Source: Cetorhinus maximus
Taxonomy: Eukaryota
Direction: 5' to 3'
Length of the DNA: 64,000 nucleotides
NCBI RefSeq assembly: GCF_964194155.1
Contig: NC_135890.1
Location: 97,092,001 to 97,156,000, forward strand
The position numbers and the translations under genes are program-made. The notes beneath the pieces were generated by a model. That model was not told where the DNA came from. It saw nothing but the letters and a program-made list of their open reading frames with translations, and did not search any database. This document shows, piece by piece, positions 36,915 through 48,632 of the stretch (position 1 is its first letter; each line of letters opens with the position of its first letter).

Positions 36915-37352
36915 GGCTCCCAATCCACTAATCCTCAACGTGCTAGCCCATCTCTTACTCTATTACCTCTTTCAGCCCTACAACCCTCTGGGATCTATGC
37001 ACTCCACCAACTCTGGCCTGTTGCACATCCCTGATTTTCAATGGACCACCACTGATGGATATGCCTTTAGCTGCCTAGGCCTTAAACTCTGGATTTTCCT
37101 GCTTAAACCTCTTCAACCTCTCTCTCTGCTCTGTTAAGATGCACCTTAAGATCTACCTCTTTGATAAAGCTTTTGGTCACATATCCTAATATCTGACGTG
37201 GCTCTGTGTCAAATTATGTTTGATAATGCTCCAGTGAACAATGACTTGCACATATAGTGTCTTTAACAAACTGAAACCTCTCAAAGCACTTGTTTCATCG
37301 GAGTATCTGGGGATATTTTACTAGTTAAAGGTGCTATATAAATGTGAGTTGT
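36915..37352 (+). mobile_element. L2-clade LINE 3' end
   Basis: QPYNPLGSMHSTNSGLLHIP..GYAFSCLGLKLW (L2 ORF2 C-terminal pattern) and tail ..ttaaaggtgctatataaatg. Confidence 0.65.
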
Positions 37353-37355
37353 TGT

Positions 37356-37605
37356 AAGAAGAAACTTCTTCACTCAGAGGGCGGTGAACCTATGGAATTC
37401 TCTACAGAAGGCTGTGGAGGCCAAGTCGCTGAATGTATTTAAGAAGGAAATAGATAGAGTTCTGGACTCTAAAGGTGTCAAGGGGTACAGGGAAAGCGCG
37501 GGAGCACGGCGTTGAGATTACGGATAAGCCATGATCATATTGAATGGCGCAGCAGGCTCGGAGGGCCGAATGACCTACTCCTGCTCCTATTTTCCATGTA
37601 GATGT
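37356..37605 (+). mobile_element. CR1 LINE 3'-terminal fragment
   Basis: agaaacttcttcactcagagg..cctactcctgctcctatttt, as at the end of 21637-23364. Confidence 0.85.
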
Positions 37606-37889
37606 CCCATACACAACAGTAAGGTTCGAGGTTTGTCCTCAGTCATAAACTGAGTTAGCTAAGTGCAGTTGGTCACAGCATGCGTGGGTTAATGACGGGC
37701 TAAATCAGGCAGAGTTCCTATTCCTAATCGCAATATAGTGACCGCTGTTAGCATGTGGATTTTGGGGGAGGACAGGATTGGCCTTTGATATTGCCCAATT
37801 GGATGCATGACCTGGAAGGACTCATTGTCAAGGCTCACATGAGCACTTGGGTGAGGTTCAACAACAGTACTGGTACCTGTGGAACAGTA

Positions 37890-38312
37890 AAGAAAGACTT
37901 GCATTTATATAGCGCCTTTCACAATTTAGGTTCCAAAATGCATTACAGTCAATGAAATGGTTTTGAATTGTTGTAATGGAGGAAACACGGCTGCCAATTT
38001 GAGCACACAAAGCTCCCCAAAACTGCAATAATTTTGTTTTTAGTGCTGTTAACTGAGGGATAAATATTGGCCATGATACCGGGGCTAACTCCCCTGCTCC
38101 TCTTCAAAATAGTGTCATGGGGTCTTCCCTGTGAGAGAGCAGCTAAGGGCTCGGTGTAATATCTCATCCAAGTGACAGCACCTTTGGCCGACACAGTTAC
38201 CCAGTATTGCCCTGGAGTGTCAGCCTTGGGTTTTAGTGCTCAAGTCTCACCGGTGCGATGAACTCCGAACCTTGTGACTTAGCAGAAGTGTGAGTGATAG
38301 CACTGAGCCACT
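37890..38312 (-). mobile_element. DeuSINE, near full length, about 1 kb upstream of the promoter
   Basis: Tail acttgcatttatatagcgcctttc, Deu-type core and reverse-complement tRNA-like head. Confidence 0.78.
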
Positions 38313-39179
38313 GAGTACCCTAGTAAAGTCAGTTAAAAGGAGAAGAAAAAAATTTGTATTCAATCGCTTACCACTCCCCTGGATGTCCGAAAGCACGTTA
38401 CCACCAATTGCTTTTGAAGCCCACTCCCTTACTATGCAGAAAAATATCCCACTAACTGCAAATGAATGAATGACAAAAAAATGGCCGCGCCGGTGAAGGA
38501 GTCACGTTGGCCAATTTGCCGGGAGGATTCCCTCGTGGAGGAATTATCCTCAGAAATGGGGAGGACAATTGCTGAGAACGAAATATAGCTGTGCATTGTT
38601 TAAGCCAGTGCAGTTAAAAGGCGCTGAGCTGGTGCGCCTGTTGTCTGTCCAGCGGGGTGTAAAACCAGTAGGTACTCCCTAAAATGCGCCTGAAAAAGAG
38701 CAAAATCATTGCATGAATCAGGAAGTGAGAAATGGTTCCAGTTCTGACATTTGGAAAGTGTTGATATTTCCGGTTACAATGGAGCGGGGGGGGGGGGTCT
38801 TTCTCTTTTTTTAAATTTGGTGGTGCTGGGATTTATCCAGACACCTGTTGTACAAAAAGTAGGATGGAGCCAGTTAAGACCTTCTGAAAAAAAAAGTTAA
38901 TTCACTTTTAACATTATATATATATATATATATATTTATTTATTTTTTATTTTTAAAAAAAAGTTACTTCTCTCTTAACATTATATATGTATAATTAAAA
39001 AAAAGTTTTAATCTGTAGGCTCTTGTTTCATCCTGAGTATGAGCCAGCCCCTGTGTGACAAATGATCCTGTTGCATTTCCACCAGTGGTGAACGTCACTT
39101 GCTTTCTCAGGATGGATGCCACTCTCGTTCCCGTTTTCCACCCCCTCCTCTCTCCCTCTTTGCTTTTCCTGGGAACTCT

Positions 39180-39365
39180 GGAACATGAGGAGGAGCCGGC
39201 GGGAGGACGTCAGAGGGCTCTGCGGGGTCCTGACGGCGGTGCAGCTGGTCCAATGAGCTGTCTCCACATGCGGGCCACTCCAGGTCTCGCTAGTGAGAAA
39301 GGCCCGCTGCCACTCGAGTTGCTATAAACGTGCTGCCGCCGGCGGGCTGCTCGCTCACATTCATT
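39180..39365 (+). promoter_or_regulatory. ATP2A2 core/proximal promoter (CpG-rich; CRE-like GGACGTCA 39205-39212, E-box CAGCTG 39242-39247, CCAAT 39250, TATAAA 39323-39328, Inr-like CTCACAT/TCATTC about 39354-39366)
   Basis: Local GC/CpG enrichment in a CpG-poor window; CCAAT, TATA and Inr-like motifs at canonical spacing about 520 nt upstream of the ATG. The TSS is inferred, not measured. Confidence 0.8.
39250..39270 (+). promoter_or_regulatory. ER-stress response element (CCAAT-N9-CCACA) with overlapping E-box CACATG
   Basis: CCAAT gagctgtct CCACA tg: exact 9-nt spacing of the NF-Y/ATF6 ERSE, in the CCACA variant I recall from mammalian SERCA2 promoters. Confidence 0.8.
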
Positions 39366-39853
39366 CAGCTGAGCCAAGGTGCAGGGGGGGGGGTTTTTTT
39401 TTTGTGTGGCCCGGCTTCATTCAGAGCCACTCGGTGCCTGTGTCGCAGTCTCTGCGGTTCTCCTTCCCGTACCATCCATCCAACCTTTCACACAGCAGGG
39501 GAGGGAGGAAAAAATATACATACAGACACATATACATATATAGATATATATGTACAAAAGAAACCAAGGACATTGATTTCTGTTTGAATTATATTCACAC
39601 ACAGAGAGAGAGAGAGAGGGGGGAAGAAAGAAGCCAGAGATTTGGGGGAGTGTTTTTTTAAAACAAAAAAATCATTTATAATTGAGTTTTTTTTTGGAAA
39701 CCCCGGTAGAAGTGGTTGACCCGAAGCCCCTTCCCGCTTGTCTCTTCTCCCTCTCCCTTCTGTGTCAGCTTGTTTCTGGTGGGGAAGGAAAACCTACCTC
39801 CCTCCCTCCCTCCTTCTCCCTCTCCCTCCCCGGACAAGAAACCGCAACACTGA

Positions 39854-40126
<273 letters not shown>

Positions 40127-40727
40127 TAGGCCTTATTGCAATGTGTGGAGCCGGCATCTCTCTCTCTGAGGCAGACCGAACATGGCTGACTCACCACGAT
40201 CTCTGAATTGTAAATTGTATGGAAGTGTTGTGAAATATGGGGGTTGGTGGGGGGTGGGGGAGCGGGACGATGCAGTATAACCTGAATTTTTTTAAAAAAA
40301 TAATATATATATATATATAGTTCTTGTTATGCTTTCAAAAATAAAACGGGGATCGCCTAGCCTTCTCATGTCACAAACCCAAACCTTACCCCGGTTCGAA
40401 CCGTCAGTTTAGCTTTTCCTGCTGATTTGCAGCGGAAATATTGCCATTTGTATCCCAAGATGTAACCTCCGAAGTGTGAGGAGTAAGTAGTAACGCAGTC
40501 TGTTGGGTGAGCATCAATTTTATTTTATTTTTTTATATAAAAGCTGCACTTCCTTCTGGTGTCTAACTCTTCACGGCGCTATGATCGCAGGGTACTCGTG
40601 GTCTGAATGGTTCCTTTTTATTTCGAGCGTGACTTTGTGCCCTTGGTCTTGAAGTCCAATGTATTTGCATGCTTTAACGCAGTTTTCTCTTTCTCGCATA
40701 TTCCATGGTGGCGTCACTCATTAACAG

Positions 40728-40745
40728 AACTGCCGGCAGAAGAAG
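40728..40745 (+). CDS. ATP2A2: SERCA2 coding exon 2, 18-nt microexon ((E)LPAEE(G))
   Basis: aacag|AACTGCCGGCAGAAGAAG|gtatag; joins exons 1 and 3 in frame to give the conserved SERCA NELPAEEGK motif. Confidence 0.95.
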
Positions 40746-40821
40746 GTATAGTAGATCATACACTCTTTAGGACTACATAATTTTTTTCCAAGATATTAAG
40801 TTGTGGTCATTTTTTTTTTAA

Positions 40822-41001
<180 letters not shown>

Positions 41002-41909
41002 TGATTGTATTATTTCTTGTAGGCATAAAGGTTTATTAGGAAATCGAGTACTGTGAGCTGAGCACAAACTAATCTGTACCCTTGCACAGTAACCATGACT
41101 GGAATGGTGTGTGGTATTTTAGTCCAGTCTGTCTTGATAAAAGTAAGGTGACAATTGCAGCTTTTTGACGAGGGCAAGACTGATGTCTGCAAAGATGATA
41201 CACTTCTGTTGACCAAATTTGGCCAGTGACCTTCATGGGGACATGTGTGGTATCTCCTCTCTCCTTGACTTTTAAGGTTTATAGCATGCCAGTTAAAATG
41301 GTTTTGTGTCGGCATGACAATAATAGAAAACAATGTTTGGTCCTGGATTGGGTTACACTACTTAATGCAGTAGCTGTACTTGTTGTAATGGTTACTCAAT
41401 GGCAGACAGAAATAAATGTTCTCGACACATGTGAGTACCAAATGTTCTGCTAAATTGAGTTTTAATTGAAGTAGTTATCAGTTGCTACTTTGACGTGTAA
41501 AGTACCATCTTCATGATGTTATTTGCATACATGAGCAAGTAGTATCGAGTGTCACTTATAAAAAGAGAAACACTGAAATAACTTGGACATCTTGGTAATA
41601 ACCTTATTTCGTTTGTTTAAATTCTGGTTTTATGCTGTTGGCACAATTCTGTGGAAAGCATGAACCATTTGCAAGAAAACTAGTTTTAGTCGTTTTGTTT
41701 GTGATTGATCTGGATATGGAGTAAAACATTTATCATTGGAAAGAATGTGCTTCACTTCTCTAGTTTTCATTTATCGACACCATTGCTGCGACAGATGACG
41801 CTCTATCAAAGGGCTGAGTTTACCTGTGACGTTGGGGTGTACAACTTCAGGTGTCACTGTTGACTGGCTTATCCTGGTGGTTAGTTCCATAACGTCCGAT
41901 TAACTGACT

Positions 41910-42245
41910 TTTCTTTTTTTATTTGTTCATGGGCTGTGGCTAGGCCAGCATTTATTGCCCATCCCTAATTGCCAGCCCTTGTTCATAGGGCATTTAAGAG
42001 TCAACCACGTTGCTGTAGGTCTGGAATCACATGTAGGCCAGATTTCCTTCCCTAAAGGGCATTAGTGAACCAGATGGGTTTTTACAACAACGGTTTCGTG
42101 GTCACCATCAGACTTGTAATTCCAGGTTTTTATTAAATTCAAATTTCACCAACTGCCGTGGTGGGATTCAAACCTGGATCCCAGAGGATTAACCTGGGTC
42201 TCTGGAATACTAGGCCAGTGACAATGCCACTATGCCACCGCCTCC
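41910..42245 (-). mobile_element. tRNA-derived SINE (family of 668-1039) in intron 3, with a second tail fragment at about 42306-42432
   Basis: Reverse complement of 668-1039, including A/B boxes near 42160-42245. Confidence 0.85.
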
Positions 42246-44269
42246 ACTAGTTCCACTTCAGGATCATAAACACTGAGGAAGAAAGAGCAGTTCAGCACGG
42301 AAAGTATTTTTTAATTCTTTATTAGGGCGTGGGCATTGCTGGCTAGGCCAGCATTTTTATTGCCCATCCCTAATTGTCCTCAGGAAAGTGGTGGTGAGCC
42401 GCTGCCTTGAACCGCTGCAGTCCACGTGGTGAATTAATGGGACATCTCTTATGTCCAAGTTTTGTAAAAACACAAATTTTGAAAAAATTACATATGATTC
42501 CTTTGGTTTAATATACAGTAATGACTTTGTCAGGGAGGTTGGGGGTTTTTCTAGCAAAAGGCCACTTGAAGAGATACATAATGACAGGTAACTAAAGATA
42601 GTTTGGGGGAAAGAAGTGTTGTAATTGGTTGGGGTACAATGGACTATATGTATGAGGTTCAAGCACAAATGAATTTGAATCTTACTGAAAAGAGGAGTTG
42701 AAGATGCGAGTTATTCATAAGCGTTCAAGGAAGTTGGTGCAATGTGCAATAGTCTCAACATTTTGGAAATTCTCAGAAAATCCATACAAATGAAAATGCT
42801 AAGAATATAACGTGGGAACAATGTTGAAGTGTATGTGTATGAGAAGTGTACTGAAAAAGATGGTTAGACAAACATATGCTGTGAGTGTATATATGCTTCC
42901 AATTTGTACAGGGGTGTGGCAGCAATAATACGTGTTGTACTTTCAGCCAATAAAAGTTGCATCTTCTCATGCCAGAGGGAGCTTGTACTGCTTGTCATAG
43001 TTGGATCCTCTGGGAACAAAAAATTGGAGGTGATGAATACGTCTGTCACGGTTGAAAAGCAGTTCCTTTCCCCCACCTCCCTCCACTTAACGTGTTCACA
43101 AGAGAAGAAAAATTAATTCCTTGCAGGCTGGTAGTCATCCTCCAGTATATTCCCAAAGTAGCCATTCATCAAGTGTGAGTGTTGGCAGAGCATGACTACA
43201 GAAGCCACTACAGTGTAGTTCTGTGTTGCTCTTGCCAGTTAGCAGGTTCACACGTGCACTTATAGGAGGGATTGCTGAATCAGCAGACCAAAGCTGGCTT
43301 TTTCCTATCTCACCCTGAGGCTTGTTATAGCACTTCCACAAGTATTCCAGTTGAAACCAACTGCTTGCTATGTTGAGTCTGTGTCTGATGGGAGATGGGA
43401 TTCCAGCCTCCTGAGAAAGGATGTTAAGGTAGAGGGCATTGATGGAGAAAGAAACTTGTATAAAAAATATCCATTCAATGGAATAAGAACGAATGATCAG
43501 AATATCAAAACAGCTCTTTTAAACCCCAAGTCTTAGATTCAAAGTACAACAGTAAACGAGCACAAATTCCTTATTTGAAAGAGACAGCGGAAGAAAAAAT
43601 ATCGGCTATGGTTTTGGGTGTGGATGCTTAGACAGAAAGGTAACTAAACCTTGTACAGGACAGCACAGAGGAAATGGGGAAATTACATTTTAACTAGTGT
43701 AATGGCCAAAATAATTGGTTGGCTGGAAAGGGGTGGAAGCTGCTGGAGAATCTTGGTGAGGCTGTTGACAAAAGAGCAAGAGCAGTGAAGATAGCTAAAT
43801 AAGGTGGTGAAATTGAAAGAAGAAATATTGTAACATCAAGATGATGCATCAGCCTCCAAAAGAAGACCAGCATCCTGGTTGGAGACCCTTTGTTATAACT
43901 GTGACGTGATGAAGGGACTGCACCCAAAATACGACGCTGCTGTACTTAGATATTTTCACTACCTTTTATTAATTGCATAATTGAGAGAATAACCCTCGAT
44001 TTTTTTTTTTTTACAACTCCCCAGCTTCTCAAAAAACCTGCTTTGACATTTGTACTAATGTTTTTTTCTCTCTTTGCACTTTCCGCCTCTGGGTAAATAT
44101 CTGAGTAAGTGATATTTACTCACTTTTCTCTCTCTCCCCCCCGACCCCTCCCTCTCTAGGCTCCTTTGCCTCCCCTCTTGCTTTCCCTTCCCTTACGTCC
44201 CCCTCTGCCTGCCTCTCTCTCTCTGCCTCACTCTGCCCCTCTCTCTCTCTCTCTCTCTCCCCCCTCCCC

Positions 44270-46610
44270 CTCTGCCTCTCCCTCTGCCTCACGCTCTCTC
44301 CCTCTGCCTCACGCTCTCTCCCTCTGCCTCACGCTCTCTCCCTCTGCCTCGCGCTCTCTCCCTCTGCCTCGCGCTCTCTCCCTCTGCCTCGCGCTCTCTC
44401 CCTCTGCCTCGCGCTCTCTCCCTCTGCCTCGCGCTCTCTCCCTCTGCCTCGCGCTCTCTCCCTCTGCCTCGCGCTCTCTCCCTCTGCCTCGCGCTCTCTC
44501 CCTCTGCCTCGCGCTCTCTCCCTCTGCCTCGCGCTCTCTCCCTCTGCCTCGCGCTCTCTCCCTCTGCCTCGCGCTCTCTCCCTCTGCCTCGCGCTCTCTC
44601 CCTCTGCCTCGCGCTCTCTCCCTCTGCCTCGCGCTCTCTCCCTCTGCCTCGCGCTCTCTCCCTCTGCCTCGCGCTCTCTCCCTCTGCCTCGCGCTCTCTC
44701 CCTCTGCCTCGCGCTCTCTCCCTCTGCCTCGCGCTCTCTCCCTCTGCCTCGCGCTCTCTCCCTCTGCCTCGCGCTCTCTCCCTCTGCCTCGCGCTCTCTC
44801 CCTCTGCCTCGCGCTCTCTCCCTCTGCCTCGCGCTCTCTCCCTCTGCCTCGCGCTCTCTCCCTCTGCCTCGCGCTCTCTCCCTCTGCCTCGCGCTCTCTC
44901 CCTCTGCCTCGCGCTCTCTCCCTCTGCCTCGCGCTCTCTCCCTCTGCCTCGCGCTCTCTCCCTCTGCCTCGCGCTCTCTCCCTCTGCCTCGCGCTCTCTC
45001 CCTCTGCCTCGCGCTCTCTCCCTCTGCCTCGCGCTCTCTCCCTCTGCCTCGCGCTCTCTCCCTCTGCCTCGCGCTCTCTCCCTCTGCCTCGCGCTCTCTC
45101 CCTCTGCCTCGCGCTCTCTCCCTCTGCCTCGCGCTCTCTCCCTCTGCCTCGCGCTCTCTCCCTCTGCCTCGCGCTCTCTCCCTCTGCCTCGCGCTCTCTC
45201 CCTCTGCCTCGCGCTCTCTCCCTCTGCCTCGCGCTCTCTCCCTCTGCCTCGCGCTCTCTCCCTCTGCCTCGCGCTCTCTCCCTCTGCCTCGCGCTCTCTC
45301 CCTCTGCCTCGCGCTCTCTCCCTCTGCCTCGCGCTCTCTCCCTCTGCCTCGCGCTCTCTCCCTCTGCCTCGCGCTCTCCCTCTGCCTCGCGCTCTCTCCC
45401 TCTGCCTCGCGCTCTCTCCCTCTGCCTCGCGCTCTCTCCCTCTGCCTCGCGCTCTCTCCCTCTGCCTCGCGCTCTCTCCCTCTGCCTCGCGCTCTCTCCC
45501 TCTGCCTCGCGCTCTCTCCCTCTGCCTCGCGCTCTCTCCCTCTGCCTCGCGCTCTCTCCCTCTGCCTCGCGCTCTCTCCCTCTGCCTCGCGCTCTCTCCC
45601 TCTGCCTCGCGCTCTCTCCCTCTGCCTCGCGCTCTCTCCCTCTGCCTCGCGCTCTCTCCCTCTGCCTCGCGCTCTCTCCCTCTGCCTCGCGCTCTCTCCC
45701 TCTGCCTCGCGCTCTCTCCCTCTGCCTCGCGCTCTCTCCCTCTGCCTCGCGCTCTCTCCCTCTGCCTCGCGCTCTCTCCCTCTGCCTCGCGCTCTCTCCC
45801 TCTGCCTCGCGCTCTCTCCCTCTGCCTCGCGCTCTCTCCCTCTGCCTCGCGCTCTCTCCCTCTGCCTCGCGCTCTCTCCCTCTGCCTCGCGCTCTCTCCC
45901 TCTGCTCGCGCTCTCTCCCTCTGCCTCGCGCTCTCTCCCTCTGCCTCGCGCTCTCTCCCTCTGCCTCGCGCTCTCTCCCTCTGCCTCGCGCTCTCTCCCT
46001 CTGCCTCGCGCTCTCTCCCTCTGCCTCGCGCTCTCTCCCTCTGCCTCGCGCTCTCTCCCTCTGCCTCGCGCTCTCTCCCTCTGCCTCGCGCTCTCTCCCT
46101 CTGCCTCGCGCTCTCTCCCTCTGCCTCGCGCTCTCTCCCTCTGCCTCGCGCTCTCTCCCTCTGCCTCGCGCTCTCTCCCTCTGCCTCGCGCTCTCTCCCT
46201 CTGCCTCGCGCTCTCTCCCTCTGCCTCGCGCTCTCTCCCTCTGCCTCGCGCTCTCTCCCTTGCGCTCTCTCCCTCTGCCTCGCGCTCTCTCCCTCTGCCT
46301 CGCGCTCTCTCCCTCTGCCTCGCGCTCTCTCCCTCTGCCTCGCGCTCTCTCCCTCTGCCTCGCGCTCTCTCCCTCTGCCTCGCGCTCTCTCCCTCTGCCT
46401 CGCGCTCTCTCCCTCTGCCTCGCGCTCTCTCCCTCTGCCTCGCGCTCTCTCCCTCTGCCTCGCGCTCTCTCCCCTCTGCCTCGCGCTCTCTCCCCTCTGC
46501 CTCGCGCTCTCCCCTCTGCCTCGCGCTCTCTCCCTTGCTCGGCTCGCGCTCTCCCCCTCTGCCTCGCGCTCTCCCCCTCTGCCTCGCGCTCTCTCCCTCT
46601 GCCTCACACC
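44270..46610 (+). repeat. 20-bp minisatellite (CCTCTGCCTCGCGCTCTCTC)n, about 115 units
   Basis: Directly visible; nearly invariant, with a few 1-3-nt deletions and degenerate edges. Confidence 0.98.
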
Positions 46611-46630
46611 TCTCTCTCTCTCTTCCCCCT

Positions 46631-48130
46631 NNNNNNNNNNNNNNNNNNNNNNNNNNNNNNNNNNNNNNNNNNNNNNNNNNNNNNNNNNNNNNNNNNNNNN
46701 NNNNNNNNNNNNNNNNNNNNNNNNNNNNNNNNNNNNNNNNNNNNNNNNNNNNNNNNNNNNNNNNNNNNNNNNNNNNNNNNNNNNNNNNNNNNNNNNNNNN
46801 NNNNNNNNNNNNNNNNNNNNNNNNNNNNNNCATGATTATCCCCCCTCCCTCCCTCACCCCCCTCCCTGCGGCCCTCTCCCCCCCTCCCTCCCCTCTCCCC
46901 CCTCCCTCCCTCTCCCCCCCCTCCCCTCTCCCCCCCTCCCTCCCTCTCCCCCCTCCCTCCCTCTCCCCCTCCTCTCCCTCCCCCNNNNNNNNNNNNNNNN
47001 NNNNNNNNNNNNNNNNNNNNNNNNNNNNNNNNNNNNNNNNNNNNNNNNNNNNNNNNNNNNNNNNNNNNNNNNNNNNNNNNNNNNNNNNNNNNNNNNNNNN
47101 NNNNNNNNNNNNNNNNNCTCCCCCATCCCTCCCTTCCCCTCCCCCATCCCTCCCTTCCCCTCCCCCATCCCTCCCTTCCCCTCCCCCATCCCTCCCTTCC
47201 CCTCCCCCTCCCTCCCCTCCCTCCCCCATCCCTCCCTCCCCCATCCCTCCCTGCCCTCCCCCATCCCTCCCTGCCCTCCCCCATCCCTCCCTGCCCTCCC
47301 CCATCCCTCCCTCCCTCCCCATCCCTCCCTTCCCTCCCCCCCCCTTCCCTCCCTCCCCCCTTCCCTTGCCTCGCCTCCTGTGCCTGGCAATCCCACCTTT
47401 CCTCCCTCCCTCCCTCCCACTCCCTTCCCCTCCTGCTCTNNNNNNNNNNNNNNNNNNNNNNNNNNNNNNNNNNNNNNNNNNNNNNNNNNNNNNNNNNNNN
47501 NNNNNNNNNNNNNNNNNNNNNNNNNNNNNNNNNNNNNNNNNNNNNNNNNNNNNNNNNNNNNNNNNNNNNNNNNNNNNNNNNNNNNNNNNNNNNNNNNNNN
47601 NNNNNNNNNNNNNNNNNNNNNNNNNNNNNNNNNNNNNNNNNNNNNNNNNNNNNNNNNNNNNNNNNNCCCTTCCTCCCCCTCCCTTCCTCCCCCTCCCTTC
47701 CTCCCCCTCCCTTCCTCCCCCTCCCTTCCTCCCCCTCCCTTCCTCCCCCTCCCTTCCTNNNNNNNNNNNNNNNNNNNNNNNNNNNNNNNNNNNNNNNNNN
47801 NNNNNNNNNNNNNNNNNNNNNNNNNNNNNNNNNNNNNNNNNNNNNNNNNNNNNNNNNNNNNNNNNNNNNNNNNNNNNNNNNNNNNNNNNNNNNNNNNNNN
47901 NNNNNNNNNNNNNNNNNNNNNNNNNNNNNNNNNNNNNNNNNNNNNNNNNNNNNNNNNNNNNNNNNNNNNNNNNNNNNNNNNNNNNNNNNNNNNNNNNNNN
48001 NNNNNNNNNNNNNNNNNNNNNNNNNNNNNNNNNNNNNNNNNNNNNNNNNNNNNNNNNNNNNNNNNNNNNNNNNNNNNNNNNNNNNNNNNNNNNNNNNNNN
48101 NNNNNNNNNNNNNNNNNCCTTCCCCCGCCC
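46631..48130. other. Assembly gaps (N at 46631-46830, 46985-47117, 47440-47666, 47759-48117) interleaved with C-rich low-complexity repeats
   Basis: N runs and (CCCT/CCCCAT/CCTT)-type repeats. Confidence 0.98.
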
Positions 48131-48409
48131 CACCCAACAGTAGTAATTTCTGCTGTGATCCTCTGTTGCCAGCACATTCCATCATTGTAACACCTGCCTT
48201 CATAGTAGTGGAGTCTAATGCAGGGCTGCTACAGCCTTGGTTATGGGGTTCCAACTCCTACTTACTTTAAAAAGAAATTGGATCAGACTGGTATCATTTC
48301 AATAACAATACAAAATAAAACTAAATCGGTTAGCTCTGTACCAGTTAATAATGAGTGATCTGCTCCTACCTGAAATATAAACCTGGTAATCAGTTGTTAG
48401 ATTTAGCCA

Positions 48410-48632
48410 AAATAAAAATACCTGGAAAAAACTCAGCAGGTCTGGCAGCATCTGCGGAGAGGGATACAGTTAACGTTTCGAGTCCGTATGGACTTTTCAA
48501 CAGAACTGAGTCATACGGACTCAAAATGTTAACTGTTTTCCTCTCCGCAGATGCTGCCAGACCTGCTGAGTTTTTCCAGGTATTTTTATTTCTGTTTTGG
48601 ATTTCCAGCATCCGCAGTTTTTTGCTTTTATT
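48410..48632. mobile_element. Penelope-derived palindromic insertion in ATP2A2 intron 3
   Basis: Inverted arms about 48411-48490 / 48512-48590; 13-bp perfect TSD ttagatttagcca at 48397-48409 and 48633-48645. Confidence 0.88.

Noticed and set aside
1-39000. Exons of an upstream neighbour gene (IFT81 in mammals)
   Set aside because: No recognisable spliced coding sequence found by eye; small or non-coding exons cannot be excluded without alignment or RNA data.
44270-46610. CRISPR-like array
   Set aside because: Contiguous tandem units with no unique spacers, no cas genes, vertebrate intron.
44166-48270. Very long ORFs (889, 772, 1282 aa etc.)
   Set aside because: Stop-free translations of the 20-bp minisatellite, low-complexity DNA and N gaps.
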